Positions 1 through 13,191 of a stretch of 64,000 bases of DNA are shown piece after piece. The notes beneath the pieces are model-generated. The model was given only the letters and a program-made list of their open reading frames with translations, was not told the origin of the DNA and searched no databases. Made by a program: the position numbers and the translations under genes. The DNA lies in NCBI GenBank assembly GCA_028534125.1, contig CM052823.1, positions 81,220,001-81,284,000 on the forward strand. Reading direction: 5' to 3'. The stretch's first letter is position 1. Every line of letters begins with the position of its first letter. This DNA is from Lama glama (taxonomy: Eukaryota).

Positions 1-124
1 GCCGGCCTCCTCCCCACAGCTCAGCATACGCAAGCCTGGCCCATCCTAAAGTCACCTCTGATAACCACCCCCACCACCTGCCTTGTTGCCGAGCTAGAAG
101 TAATGACTGAACTCTGAGAATTAA

Positions 125-345
125 TTATAATAATAATAATAACAACTTGCATTTCTTGAGCTGAGTGCCAGGCATTTTACCCTCTAACAACCCCATCATG
201 AAGTGTGATTTATCCCTGCCTCACAGATGAGAAAACTAGGACTTAGGGAGGTTAATGCAAGTTGCCCAAGGTCATATGGTTGGTAAGTGAAGGAGCCAAG
301 AGTTGAACTTAGAGTCTGGTTCTAAGTTTATCACATGCCACCTCT
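125..345 (-). mobile_element. MIR SINE
   Basis: MIR core in antisense: cacagatgagaaaactagg...gaggttaa...ttgcccaaggtcata. Confidence 0.8.
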
Positions 346-1544
346 CCCAAGGGCAATGCTTTCATGCCGTAGACTACTCCTCACCTCGTACTACTAGAAT
401 TAGTGGGCAGTGGTTTTGTAGCCTTTACAGGAATATACTTCAGTAGGCAAACACTATGCATGATTCTTTATACCTTCAACAGCACTGAGTTTTCAGGAAT
501 GAATGAATGAATGAATGAGAAAGAGAGAGAAAGAAAACATGCATCAGACTAGAGAGTTAAGGCAACTTTTATAAACATTAAAAGGATGCCATGTCAATAA
601 AGATCCATTAAGCACCGACCATGTGGCCCACATTCTGATGGGCTCTGGGCCCCTGAGTTGAAGCCAGAGTTCACTGGACTCTCAGGTGTTCAGTGAATTC
701 CCACCTTCCAATCTATAAGATCCCGTTGTCTATTGAGCACTGATTCCCAGTCTCCTAGCAGCTTCTCTGCTCATTATTGCTTGGCAAACAATGTGATTTA
801 TGCATGAGGCACACACATTAAGATGCAATGTAGTTATTCCAACTGTCATAACTACTAAATTGGATTGAATGGCAATGCACTAATAGTTCAAGCTCTGCAG
901 AAAAAATAAAAAGTCAGCCTGAAAATAATCAATTCAATGGTACTTTACAACATTGCCAGAAACAACTGTACAAACAGTAGGAAAGGTGAAGTCATGATTG
1001 TCAGTTATTAACACTAATGTGTGGAGTTTGGGAGGTCTGAACCGAGATGGAGGCCACTGAAATGTGAAGCTAATTTGTCCAAACAGAATTTCTAATAAAT
1101 ACCTTTGATTGTTCCTTTGTCTCTATCCTTTACTAAGGACAGGCAATTAGCAGTGTTTGCAATATTGCAAGCAAATGAAATTGGGTCTCTGCCCAGCCCG
1201 CCTACGAAGGACTTCTACAACAATAAAAATAATCAATTGGATTCTTCATTTTCTGCTGGGTCCATGTGATTTCCTTAATAATGTCAATGCAGATTGTAAT
1301 TTGCAGGAAAAAAATTAACACCATTTGCATGAGGCATGAAATTTTAGACCACAGAAATGTCATCTTTTCTTACAGATTGTTTTGTTATATAGGGGTATGT
1401 GGTTTGGATAACTAGAATAGACCTCAGGTCTGATGCCTAATTTGTTTTTCATAAACTGACCTGTATTTTATCTCCCAAACGGGTTTTGTGCGTTTTTCCT
1501 GCTATACCTTCACTCTGCAGCGATTAGCAAGAGAATGCACCCCA

Positions 1545-1680
1545 ATTAGAATCAGAAAACCAACATTAAACCCCCAGTTTTGCCACTTACCAGCTGGGTG
1601 ACCTTGGGCAAGTCATTTAACCTCCCTGGGCCTCAGTTTGCTTCTCTGTAAAATGGGGCATGCATGTATGAAAGTGCCTA
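1545..1680 (+). mobile_element. MIR SINE
   Basis: tgccacttaccagctgggtgaccttgggcaagtcatttaacctccctgggcctcagtttgcttctctgtaaaatgggg. Confidence 0.9.
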
Positions 1681-2369
1681 GATTCTAAGTTCCCCCGTCT
1701 CCTAGGACAGGCCTGGCCCACAGAAGGCATGCAGGACTTGTTGCTTAAACAAATGAGTGAACGTCCTGCATTCATCTGGCATGCTGTCAGCACAAATTAA
1801 TTGTTGCTTAATAATTAAGAATCTGTTTCCCACCTCTAACACCCACCTTCTTCCTCTTGGCCCAGCAAGGTCCTTCATTCTTCAAGGTTAGCATCAAATT
1901 CTGCTTGCTCAGAGAAGCCTTCCCAAGCACACACCAGCCAAAAGTGGTCTGACTCCCCCTGAACTAACAAAGACTCGTACTGTCCATGAGCCTCACTTAG
2001 AACCTGGGCTCTCGGCTGTGTACTGTCGCCTCTCCTCTCGTAGGGATTTCTTCACGGCCCAAGTACCTCACAAGCTTCTTGAGGGGCCAGGTCCAGTGTC
2101 TTTGATTCCTGGTCATCTTTCTAGCTCCCAGTAAAGTACGTGGTGCACAGTGGATGTTCCGTAAACATCCACAGACTGACTGGAGGGGGAATGCCCAGTC
2201 CCCGTGCAGAGGGGCAGATGCCCGTGGAATTCCTTGGTTCCACCCCTGCCCCGGAGAGGCCACAGCTCCAGTCCTTACAGCCCTTGCCCTGTGTCTCTAA
2301 AGACTTCTCGTCCATAGAAAGTTTGCACCTCTTTGGAAAACTCTCCCTATTTCTGAAGAACCAACATCC

Positions 2370-2800
2370 TCCTGCCTTGTGGTGGAAGCGTAATTGTACA
2401 AAACCTCTTCAGGAAACGACATGGCAATAGCTCTCAAATTTTAAACTGCACGTACTATTTTTAAAAATCAAAGACACACCAATATCCTTTGATCCCACAA
2501 TTGCATCCCTAAATGTTTATCTTACAGACTAACTGCACATGTGTGGAAGGACATACTAAGAATATTCACTGCCGGGTTATTTACAGTAGCAAAAGACTGG
2601 AAACACTTTAAATGTCCATTAACAAGGCAATGCATAAACAAACATTGGTACATTCACAGAAGAGAAATGCGAGGCAGGCTTTCAAATGGATGAAGTAGAC
2701 CTGTATGTACTGATGTGGCGTATCCTCCAAGATGTATGAGGTGAAAAAACAAGATGCCATCCAGTATGGATGGCCTAATCTAACTTTGCAAAAAGAGGTC
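2370..2800 (+). mobile_element. Ancient L1 (L1ME-like) 3' fragment
   Basis: cctttgatcccacaattgcatcc, tatttacagtagcaaaagactggaaacac.ttaaatgtccattaaca and tggtacattcac are motifs typical of L1M 3' ends. Confidence 0.75.
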
Positions 2801-4156
2801 GTGTGTACCTGTGTGCCTGCATGTGCATAAAATGTCTAGAATAGCAGCGGCTGACTCGGGACAGGGGCAGGAAGGCCTGGGGTCGGAAGAAGGAGACCTG
2901 TCGCTGTGCTCCGTATGCTGTTTGTGCGGATTAAGTTCTTCCGCAAGTGCATGCATTATTGTTCTCTTCTTTCCTTTTTTAAATTTAAATTGTATTAACT
3001 TTAATAAGGTAATACGTTCACATGTACATAATTATAAAAGGTACAAAACAGTGTGTGATTGAAAACTTGTGTCTCCCATCCTAGCCCCCGGCCTCCTGGT
3101 TTCTACCCCAGAGGCAGCTAAGAGGAGCCCTTCCTCCTGTCCCCTCTCAGAGCTTGTCCATGCACTGCCAGTGTTCTCTTTAAAAATCATCATAAAATGA
3201 ACTGGGGGAAAGCTTCCAATGACCTCGTCTTCCCTCTCCAGCTAGTTCTCTATCCCTCTCTTCTGCGTACAGCCGGGCCACCTTTGGACAGGCTGTCTAC
3301 TTGTGTGGAGTCTGCTTAGATGGGAAGAGCATCCTCTGGTTTCGGAGTTAGGCAGACCCACATCTTCAATAAGTTACCTAACCTCTCTGGGCCTTACTGC
3401 TTCATCTGTAAAATGGACACGTAACCCCCACCTCTTAGGTTGTAAGGGTAAGAACAACTCATGAAAAGCAGGCAGGTCACCTAGCAGGTACGTGGAGCTT
3501 TTGTGGTCACTAGACCTCTGGGTCCACGCACACTGAGCTGTGTTCCTGGGGGCAGCAGAAGACCACAGACCCCGGGGGCCCCTCCCACCCCCTGGTAAGT
3601 CCATCCTGTGTTTCGGAGGCAACATTCTAAGGTACACATCCACAGCAAGTTGAAGACTTGGTGGTGTGCCGTTACGCTAATGATCAGCACCAGTTTCTCA
3701 CCTTGGGTTTGGGGACTTTTGAAAGGGTTCAGGGTTAGAAGTCAGGAAATCTACTCTTGAGGCTCTACCACTAACCAGACCTCTTTGAACAATGAGCTTC
3801 TCACCCTGAGCCCAGCACAGATTGGGGGTGATTTCTCAGACCCCAGCCAGCCTTATAGCCTCGGGTAGGGGTGTGTTAGGGGAGCCCTTGGGAGTGTGGC
3901 AGAGGTGGGAATCTGGGCGATGAGTGTGATTTCCAGCTTTAAGCATGATATCCCCACTGGCAAAACGATGTGGGTACAGAACCAGCATTTACTAAATTCT
4001 TCAAAGCTAATCAACTACATTCTTCAGAAAGGGAGTTTTGAAGTGAACTTTAATCCATGTTTATCATTACTGAAATGAAGTGTAAGTTGTACGAACTAAT
4101 TAAAGTAGCTAATACTCGTGCCAAATGACAAGTTATAAAGAGTAAGAAGAGATCTT

Positions 4157-4279
4157 TCATTTGTTTGCTTTTTGTTGGGGGGAGGTAATTCATTTATTTT
4201 TAGGGGAGGTACTGGGGATTGAACCCAGGACTTGGTGCACGCTAAGCACATGCTTTACCACTTGAGCTATACCCTCCCC
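4157..4279 (-). mobile_element. tRNA-Ala-derived SINE (camelid Vic-1-like)
   Basis: Reverse strand reads ggggagggtatagctcaagtggtaaagcatgtgcttagcgtgcaccaagtcctgggttcaatccccagtacctcccc...aattacctcccc plus an A-rich tail; Pol III A/B boxes; degenerate TSD (taagaag). Confidence 0.88.
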
Positions 4280-4492
4280 ACTAAGAAGGGACCATTTGTA
4301 ACAAAAGTTTTACAGACCAGTAAAATAGCAGCTGGGGAGAGCTATTCTAAAACTCCCTCCAACTCTAGGGGGCTCTGATCTGATATTTGGCAAATAAGCA
4401 TTTGGCACACTGGTACTGTGATTTAGAGTGACTCCTGTGATCCTGAAGATAGATGGGGATTTTGCACCTGGAAAATACACACACACAGGAAA

Positions 4493-4530
4493 ACACACAC
4501 ACGCACACGCGCGCGCACGCACACACACAC
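4493..4530. repeat. Compound (CA)n/(CG)n alternating purine-pyrimidine tract
   Basis: acacacacacgcacacgcgcgcgcacgcacacacacac. Confidence 0.9.
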
Positions 4531-5334
4531 CCCAATAGAGACATGGTGAGGGCGGGAGGGGACCCTCCAGTCTGGGAAGATGGCAGAACCCAGGCCTGTC
4601 AGCCGTGTCGTTCTCACTGCTGTATCACCATTCAGCACACAGACTTCATTCCCCAAAATAAATCACAGATATAAAGTAGAAAGATGGTTCTCCATCTATT
4701 CTTTAAGTAAATTTGGGGAGTGAAAGAGCACAGCTGTCTCCAATAATGCCATGCTCACTGGGTAAAAATATCTCTTAGCAAGTTGTCCTAAATCATTTTT
4801 TCTTAATGAGTCCTCTTTTTTTCCTACTCAGTCTTGGTAATTTAATAGCTCAGTGAAAAATACTATTGAAGCAAAAAAACTGAGTATTTTCTAATTTATT
4901 CTCTAGGACATTTAACTGTTCATCAAATATCTTGATTTCCTCCACGCTTGTAAAGGGCATTTTAAAGTGACATTTTTAGACAGTCCAGATCACTCCTTGA
5001 GTTTTATTCTTTTTTTTAAATTTATGTCCAACGTGGGCTCTGATCTTGAGGACTGAGCTGTGTGAGAAAATTTCTATGAAAATTTTGGGTGAATCTAGCA
5101 GTGGTGTTGAGTCTACCCGAGAGGGCAGACCACTGAAACCGAGGAAGACCCACCCCGGACCCTGTCTTTTGGCCTGTCATTCAAATGGGCATGGGCAGAG
5201 GTAATGAGGTTCTGTCCTTGGCATTTCAACTCTTTCTTCATCACATGTTGTTCCTTTCCAAATCCATTTGTTGATAATCCACTGTGCACTGGGCACCAGA
5301 GGTGTGAGCAAAATGCGTGAGAGCAAGTCATTTA

Positions 5335-5600
5335 TGTAACAAATGCTTACATAGCTTCCTATTATGGGCCAGGCACAGTGCCAGTAAGGGCTTTTCAAGT
5401 ATTAACTCATTCAATCTTCACAATCCACTGAGACGGATACTATTATTTTCCCTTTGTACTGATGGGGAAACTGAGATACAAGGTGGGCAAAAAACCTGCC
5501 CAAGGTCACAGAGCCAGTGAGGGTCAGCGCCAGGTTCTGAGCCCAGGCACCCTGGCTCCCTGAGCTCACGCTCCTACCATTGGGTTACGCTGCCTCTCAA
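5335..5600 (-). mobile_element. MIR SINE (near full length)
   Basis: attaactcattcaatcttcacaa...gatggggaaactgagatac...tgcccaaggtcacagagccagtga. Confidence 0.88.
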
Positions 5601-5639
5601 ACACCTTCTCCTCCAAATTCAAAGATACTTAACTAAAAT

Positions 5640-6270
5640 TAGATGCGAATGGAATACGCAAGCTGAGAATGCTATAGAGCACATGAGGAAGTGACATATG
5701 TGCTAAAACCTGAATGATGAACAGGAGGTAACTAGGCTCATGGGGAGGAAGTGGGTTGTAAGTCAAGTTTCTGGGTGGCGAAAGAGCAAGATGCATTCTA
5801 GGAACTGAGCAAAGCCGCCCACCGAGGCAGGAAGGTGTGGAGGAAGGAGTGTAGCTCAAAGGGCAGCTGGAAAGCAGGCAGGACTACATCATTCAGCACT
5901 CTCACTGCAGGCCAAGGGTTGTCTGTGGCGAGTTCTCCAAGAAGCTAGGAGTACATGGAAAGGAGTTGGTGGGGAAATGCCAGCATCAGTTTTGCATGAC
6001 CCAGGGATCACTCTGTTTGCTGGTATGCAGAACGGACTGGGAGAAGATGAGAGTGGAAGCAGGGACCCTGTGGGAGGTCAGTGGCCAAAAGAGAGCTAAT
6101 GGTCCACCGGTTGGGGGTGAGGGTGGATGAAAGCAGGTTCAAGGGAGACTTAGGAGGCAGTGTCAATAGCAAAGGGTGACCATTTTATTATGAGAGGTGA
6201 AGAAAGGCAGGTGTCCACGATGGCTCTGAAGACTAGGTATTCACGGGATCAGGGAGCACTGGGGGGTGGG
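5640..6270 (-). mobile_element. LINE-2 fragment
   Basis: Purine-rich degenerate L2 signature: gatcactctgtttgctg...gagagtggaagcaggga...aggaggcag...gaaaggcaggtgtccacgatggctctga. Confidence 0.6.
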
Positions 6271-8019
6271 CAGGCTTAGGGTAGAGGTGGGGGAGAAGGT
6301 CCCGCACAGCAGCCACGTGCACCATTCACCGCTCTCCTAGGTCACAGGCTGCTTCAGGGCTCCATGCCTTCAAACGTGATGACCCAAGTTTTCTGGGTGT
6401 CCTTCCCCTCCTCCTTCACCTGCAGAACTGCTTCACAGAGATTCAGCTTGAATGTCATTTCCTCCTCACACGTACGCATGCTGAGCCCTGTACCAGGCAC
6501 TTGTGCAGACACTGTCCTATTTGACCCTCACGCCCCGCTACTAGGAAGCTATTGCCATCCCCGTTTTATAGATGACTGAGGATCAGAGAAGGCCCAGAGC
6601 TGGCCAGGTGGTAGGTGGGAGAGCCCACAGACACCCAGTGCTGCCTTCCTGTGAGGGGAAAGTGAGCTTAGCCTGGGACCTCTTCTCAAAGGCATTGTGG
6701 CTACTCAGCATGCAGATTAGAGATGTGAATTTAAGCAACAATGAGAAGTTCTGAAGCCCACGCTGTGGGGTGCAGGGCGGGACGGGGACCACTGGACCCA
6801 AAGCAGGTATGCACCATACAACATGCTTCTCTTCATCCTCCAAACTTTAGCAAAGGGCCTCCCAAGTATCAGACACCCAGGATTTCCCTGTTCTTCCTAG
6901 AAATAGGCTCCAGTGAACAGACAACCCACAGGGTAACTGAGGACAGATGTGGTGCCTCCTCCCCTACCTTCTTGACATAGACCCCCTCCTCTACCCATGT
7001 CACTCTCTATTGCCACCATCCCTTTGCTTGTCTCCATCCCTCTGCCTGGCTCCTCCTCTCTTTCTCCTTTATGTGCCTGGAGGAGTCTTACTCTTTGGCT
7101 CAGGCTCACATGGAGCATCCCTTCAGCATCTCCTCAGGCTGGGTGTAGGATGGCCAGCTGTCCTGATTCACCAGGAAGAAGGGATCATCTCCTGGACTGT
7201 TGGAATTTGGTGCTAAATCAGGGCAGCCCCACAATTAGGTTAGGTGTTTGGACTGTGTCAGCTTACTGCAAGCCCAGCAAATGTTCAACCTGTTTTGCAG
7301 CCATTGGTTCTCTCCTGTCTATTCCTCTGAAGGAGATGTGGCTCCTCAAGATAAGGTCCTGTGCCTTGTTCATCCCCGAAGTCTGGGCATGGTGTGCAGT
7401 CAGTGTTTGTGGAATGAGTGTATGGCGTGAGCACAGGCTCAGGGTGAGTGTGGTGGGCGATGGGGGAGCAAAGCAGTCAGAGGACACCCATTAAAGAAGC
7501 TCACGAGCAAAATTCACGGCTTGAGAAAGACAGAACACTAGCCCATGAGAGCCTAAAACTTTTTTTTGTTTTTTGTTTGCTTCATTTGTCAGCTGGGAAC
7601 TTGGGGGATAACTTAGGGGAAATCTCTTCCTAGATGCGTTTAACTTGAAAGAACTCAATTACAGGTGCTTGGAAAACAACCAAACAGTGAGCAAGCTCAA
7701 GAGAGAGGGGAAAAAAGAATAATAATGAGCAAGGGGATGGTTCCACTCACCAGGCAGCTCGGTGAGCACGTGCCCACTGCGGGTGTGAAGCAGGAGGGGC
7801 CCACTGTCCCCCTGCTTGTCCTTTGTCGTGCGAGCCTCTTGCTGCACCGGCTATGATTCGAGCACGCAAAGACACACAGCCTGGTCCCTAAACGGAAGGA
7901 AATGCCTTCATCTGATGACAGACTGGGGGAAATATTGGCTGAACACTTACGTTATGAGTGATTGAGAGATTTTCAGAGATGGTTCTGACTATACACACAG
8001 GCTGACATTAGAACCCTCA

Positions 8020-8250
8020 GGAGTGAGCCTCTGGGACTTAGAGTCCTGCACCCCTGGGCTTGAGTCCCGGCTGCACTACTTAGTAACAAAGGGATCATCA
8101 GTAGGTAAACGACTTAACCTTGCAGAACTTCGGTTCACCTCTGTGTACATGGGGCCAAGGGTAATACCTGCCCCTCACAGGCCTGCGCGCACAACACGTA
8201 GCAGAGCGCCTGGGACACAGCCACTGCTCAGTAAGCAGCGGCTATTATTT
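8020..8250 (+). mobile_element. MIR SINE
   Basis: ctgggcttgagtcccggctgcactacttag...gacttaacctt...ctctgtgtacatgggg...gtaatacctgcccctcacagg. Confidence 0.7.
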
Positions 8251-10986
8251 TCAGGAGTGGGAAGAGCACTGCTTTTACTGGGTACCTAAAACTTTTAAAA
8301 ATGAAAAAACTGGCCAGTCAGTCTGGGCATTCCATAGTGTTGTCAAAGCAAGACAATCCTTTAATAAAGAGCTTTCAGGAAATTTGTCATTTAGAACTAC
8401 ACTTTTGTTTCTCCCCTGTCAGTCATATTATTTCCCACACGGTGGTTCTTGCTCCAGAACACTGTGGCCCAAACAGGCTAATCGTAGCATTTCCAGAACA
8501 CATAAGACCATTCAGAAGCCGCTCTCTCAAATCTGAGACTGAAGTAAACGGGCAATTAGCAGGTTTGACAGGATTTTCTCCCCCCACCTTACCCCCAGAA
8601 CCTCTAACACATTAAGCTGATCACAACAGTTATTTTAAGGAGATTCAGCAGGAGTGTTCAGTGGGGTTTGAGGCAATCTTGTGTCCACCATGGATTCATC
8701 ATGAAATCCTGTTGCCTGGAGCCTTGTGAGGGCTTAGCAGGGAGGCTGAAGGTCAGGAAAGCCATGCTCCGTCGCCAGAGAGCTGTGTGGCCTGGGGCAG
8801 GTCGCCAGCATCCCTGGGCCTGTTTCCTCATCAGTAAAGTGAGGAAGCAGTCTTAGTTCCTGAGGCTCCCTCCCACCCAGGAATCAGACGGTTCTCAGAG
8901 ACCTCTGCCTACACTCCAGTTGGCCACTGAATTACATATAGCCACCAAATGCCTCCGTGTTTTTGTTTTTTTTTTTTAATCTCTGCCATGCATCCAACAG
9001 CTATTTATTAAGTTCCTCTTAGGTGCTAGGCACTGTGCTAGGTGTTTGGAAGAGTGACTCCCATATCCATCCTATCTCTACAACCCTAAGGAATGCCTTG
9101 CTTCCAGACTTAGGCTCCTTGGAAGGAAAACACTTCATCCCAATTTCCGTGTCCTTTCCATCTTGGAGTCATCAGGGGCTGCCTCTCTAACCCTACCCCG
9201 CCCTCTGAAATATGTCAGAGGTGTGAAGCCCAGGCTTGGGGCCTTCAGCACAAAGGGCCCAGGTCTTAGGGGAGGGAGAAGTTCCAGGACAGAAGAAATT
9301 CTGGAATTGTTTTGCCTCTCATCAGCCAGGCTTACAGCAAAATGAATCCACAATGAGCAAGCCTCTTCCCCTTAAGTCCTTTCGGCAATACCGAGGACGT
9401 CCTCTATGAAGGCCACACACAACCCAGCATCCTCTGACAACCTAAGGATGAATTCCCTATTACATCTTATTGCGGGGAAGGAAAACAGGATTTAGGAGTC
9501 CTAGTTTTACCACCTGAAAAAGGGATTAATCTTGACATCAAGTTTTGTCGTCTGCAAAATGCACATGGTATTGACAAAGCAGAGTGTGCATTTGAAAGTC
9601 CACTATAAACCATGAAGACATTAACGGGGGCCCCTCTTGGCCTTCTTTCACTTCAAGACAGCACAGGGGTGAGCCCACAAATAAGCTGAAGAGATAAACA
9701 TCTCCACAGAGCTGGAACACCACCAGAAAGTTTCACCTGTCCCAAAATATCTTCCCCACGTCCTGAAATTCAACTATTTTGTGATTCATTCAAGCACCCT
9801 CTTAGACAGCTCTGCCAGCCGTGACCTACCTACTCAGACTATGAAGGAAAGTTACATGCATTGGGACCTTGCCACAGCCCAGGCCCTTTGCAATACTTAA
9901 TTCTTTTTTTAACCCCAAATCAATATGTGAGACAGGGCTTATTACATAGTACATTTCAGAAACTGGGAAAGAGATCCTTAGAGAGTTTAGGCAACCACTG
10001 AAGGCCCACGTGAGTGACGGGGTCAGGGCTTCAGCACGGGTGGGGTTGGGAAGGTGGCTGGCCCTGGGTAGCACGCAGGGCAGGTGCCAGGGGACAGAGG
10101 CCAGCAGGAGACGTGGACCAGCACCAGCCACGCTCAGCCCACTTTACAACGCCCTCTGGCCCGGTGCCCCCAAGTGCCCAGGTCACCTCCACGAAGACAG
10201 CCAGCATTTCTGCCAGGGCGGAAATGAAGAATGTTGACGCTGTTCATTTTCTGAAGCAGCGTATCTCCTCTGGCTAATCGGGAAATATTATTTACAGGGC
10301 TCTTGAATGCCCCTTTGTCACTAAGTGGGTGGATAGGCATCACGAATATTTGGCACTGCTGCTCCTCTGAGAGCCAGCACCATTCATTGGATAATTACCC
10401 TGTTGTCTTCTCACCTCAGGAGAAAATGCAAGACGCCCTCTTTCCAAAACTGGTCCATCATACTAGCAACTCTTGTATTTTTAGAAGCTGTTTTTCCCTG
10501 ATAGTTTCACAACCTCTAATCTGCCACTCTCCAGATGAATGTAAATGAAAACACAATGAAATATGGAGAAATGTTTCCTCCCACCATCCTCGCCAGCTCT
10601 CTGAACCCAGGGCCACGAGTGAGTGGAGCCCTGATTTTTGTCTCCAAAGCAACAGAGAGAGGAAGGGGGCGAGGACAGGCATCACCTGGTCGCTTCTGGC
10701 TCTGATGAATGGCTGCCAACCAGTTATTAGGGAGGGAGAAGCACTTGCAAAAACTTCGGGTCTCTGAGAGCCCGAGGCCGGAAAGTGTAGATGATTATAA
10801 TTACACCCAGGTGGGAGCCTGACCGCAGCTCACCTGCCAGGGAAAGAGTGATCCTGTTAAAGAAGCATGAAGGAATGGAGTTCACAGGGGATTGGATTTC
10901 TACACTGCAGCCTCAAAGTCATTCTCAGATTTATCCCCTAAACTCTGAGGTGAAGGAACAAAAGTGCCCTTTAAGAACAGGGAAAG

Positions 10987-11146
10987 GGGGGAGGGTGTAG
11001 CTCAAGTGGTAGGGCTCATGCTTAGCATGCACAGGTCCTGGGTTCAATCCCCAGTACCTCCTTTAAAAATAAATAAATAAACCTAATGACCTCCCCTCCC
11101 TGACCTGCCAAAATAAAATATATTTTTTTTAAAGATAAAAAAAAGA
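10987..11146 (+). mobile_element. tRNA-Ala-derived SINE (Vic-1-like) with 16-bp TSD
   Basis: gggagggtgtagctcaagtggtagggctcatgcttagcatgc...ggttcaatccccagtacctcc followed by an A-rich tail. TSD aagaacagggaaaggg at 10973-10988 and 11147-11162, preceded by TT (L1 endonuclease-type site). Confidence 0.92.
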
Positions 11147-11394
11147 AAGAACAGGGAAAGGGAGCCTCATCCCAAAGGAGAGCTGCACAATGCTTAGCTC
11201 CTGAGCTGTGGCCTCAGGAGGACAGGTGTCCTGTCTACAAAACCCTGCCCCGCTGATGTCCCAAGAAAACCCCAAAGCTGGAAGCTCAGAAGCTAGCATT
11301 ACAAGAGCTGCCAATGCCGCCCAAACACAGGAGAAGTAACAGTGGCTTACAGAAGCAAGGCAATGCCATAGAGCGGTGTGAGCCGGACAGCTGC

Positions 11395-11560
11395 AGGTTC
11401 TAATCCTGACTCTGCTTCTTCCTAGGTGCTTCATCCCGGGCAAGTCACTCAACTATACTGAGCCTCTGTTTCTGAGACTGTAAAATGGGAATAATTATGC
11501 TATTGCTTTGGTTGTGAGGGTTTGAGGCTTAAGAGATAAGATGAATGCAAAGTGCCTGGC
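11395..11560 (+). mobile_element. MIR SINE
   Basis: ggttctaatcctgactctgc...gggcaagtcactcaac...gagcctctgtttc...ctgtaaaatgggaataat. Confidence 0.8.
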
Positions 11561-13191
11561 AGACTCCCCAGAACACAAAAGGTGCCAGAGTTAGTTTAAT
11601 CTGTGCCTCTCCACCACCACCCACCCCACACACCAGAGAGCAAATTCCTGGTGAATTTCTATGGGATATTTCTGCTAGATATTGGTTATAGTTTCACAGC
11701 CAGCCATCAGGCAGCAATGACCCCAGAGTCCTACCCTCTCTGCCCCATCATTCAGCACGTGGCACAACTTCAGGGACCAGAATCCGAGAGCCAGGCTTTA
11801 GGGGGAACCTGCCCTTGCCTGACCAGGGACACACAGCACTGTCCCTCCCCCTTGTCCTGGGACTGACCACAGAGTGTCATTGCAGGAGGGCTGGGGCACC
11901 ACAGGACTGTTTATCCCAGTGAGACTTAGTGGTGCCAACAGACCTGGAGACCGGGGGCTTCTCTGCCCTCATTTTCACTCACGACCCGGAGCCTGGCGCC
12001 CGCTCTCCATAGCTGCTTTTCTGACCGAGTTGGATACCTTGACATGGCCCCAGCAAGCAACAGAGCACCCAGTGTTCAGCATTTCCAACCCCAGAGAAGG
12101 ACTGTGCCTGCCAAGTCCAGAGGTACTCCCTAGATCCTGGCAGCAGAGAGAGAGGCTCCTCAACCTTCCACCCAGAAGCACAGCTACCCTCACCCACATG
12201 GCCCTCAGTTCCTGCAAGATTCTCGAGTCTGTCTGCTGTGCTGTTTGTGAAAGGCAAGGAGGGAGGGTTGGTCAAGCAAATGAAACTTAAATCTACTCTC
12301 CGCTCGTGGCCGTGGAGATGTTATGGGATTATTATTCTATAGCTGTAAGATATTAATATTATCATAATTAATACTACTAGGATTTATATCTCTGTAATAT
12401 ATTCAGCTGTAATACAAACACATAATGTAGCTGTAATAGCTAACATTTATTCTGACTCTATGGCAGGTCTGTGATAAGCATTATCTTAGCCAGCCCCCCA
12501 CCACAACAAACATATGAGGTAGGAACCACTGTTCCACCCTCTTATAGAAATAAGGACACTCCAGAGAGGCTGTATTACTTGCCCAAGACCCAAAACACCT
12601 CCCAGCCTTGTCAGAGATTTTTTGGGGGGGGGTTAACTTCACACGACTGGGAAGCACAGGTGACTAGTAAGGCAAGGGGTCCTCTGTACCGGCCCCTTCC
12701 TCCTGGACACTCCACCACGGCCCGCCTACGTTCTGCTCACCGACTATAACCTGGTGTTGGAGGATCCCGTGTATCATTGTGAGGCTGCTCAGCTTTATTT
12801 CCACTAGAATTATGTCACAAAATTGGGTCATTATGGGGAATGAAGGAAAACAAAAGGAATAACGACTCTGTAAACACTGGACCTACATTTGAGTCTTGCC
12901 CAACACACATACGTTAAGCCCTATGGTTCTCAATTTTTTTAAAAATACAGGTCCACACATAAATGGCTCCCTATAAAAAAAAAAAAGCATTTAAAAGGAT
13001 GCTCCTTAAGTAGAGACTGCATTGCCCAGGGGCATTTTCCTTATACAAGGCCTTTGAAGATGGTCATGGTTAACCGAAAGGGACATTTGTCACCTCTGGT
13101 GGAATTCCATTCACTGGAGCAGCCCAGGGTGAAAGAGGCTTTGAGGACAAGGGGAGGGCAGAGGTCACCTTATCTCCTGGTACAGAGGGTG

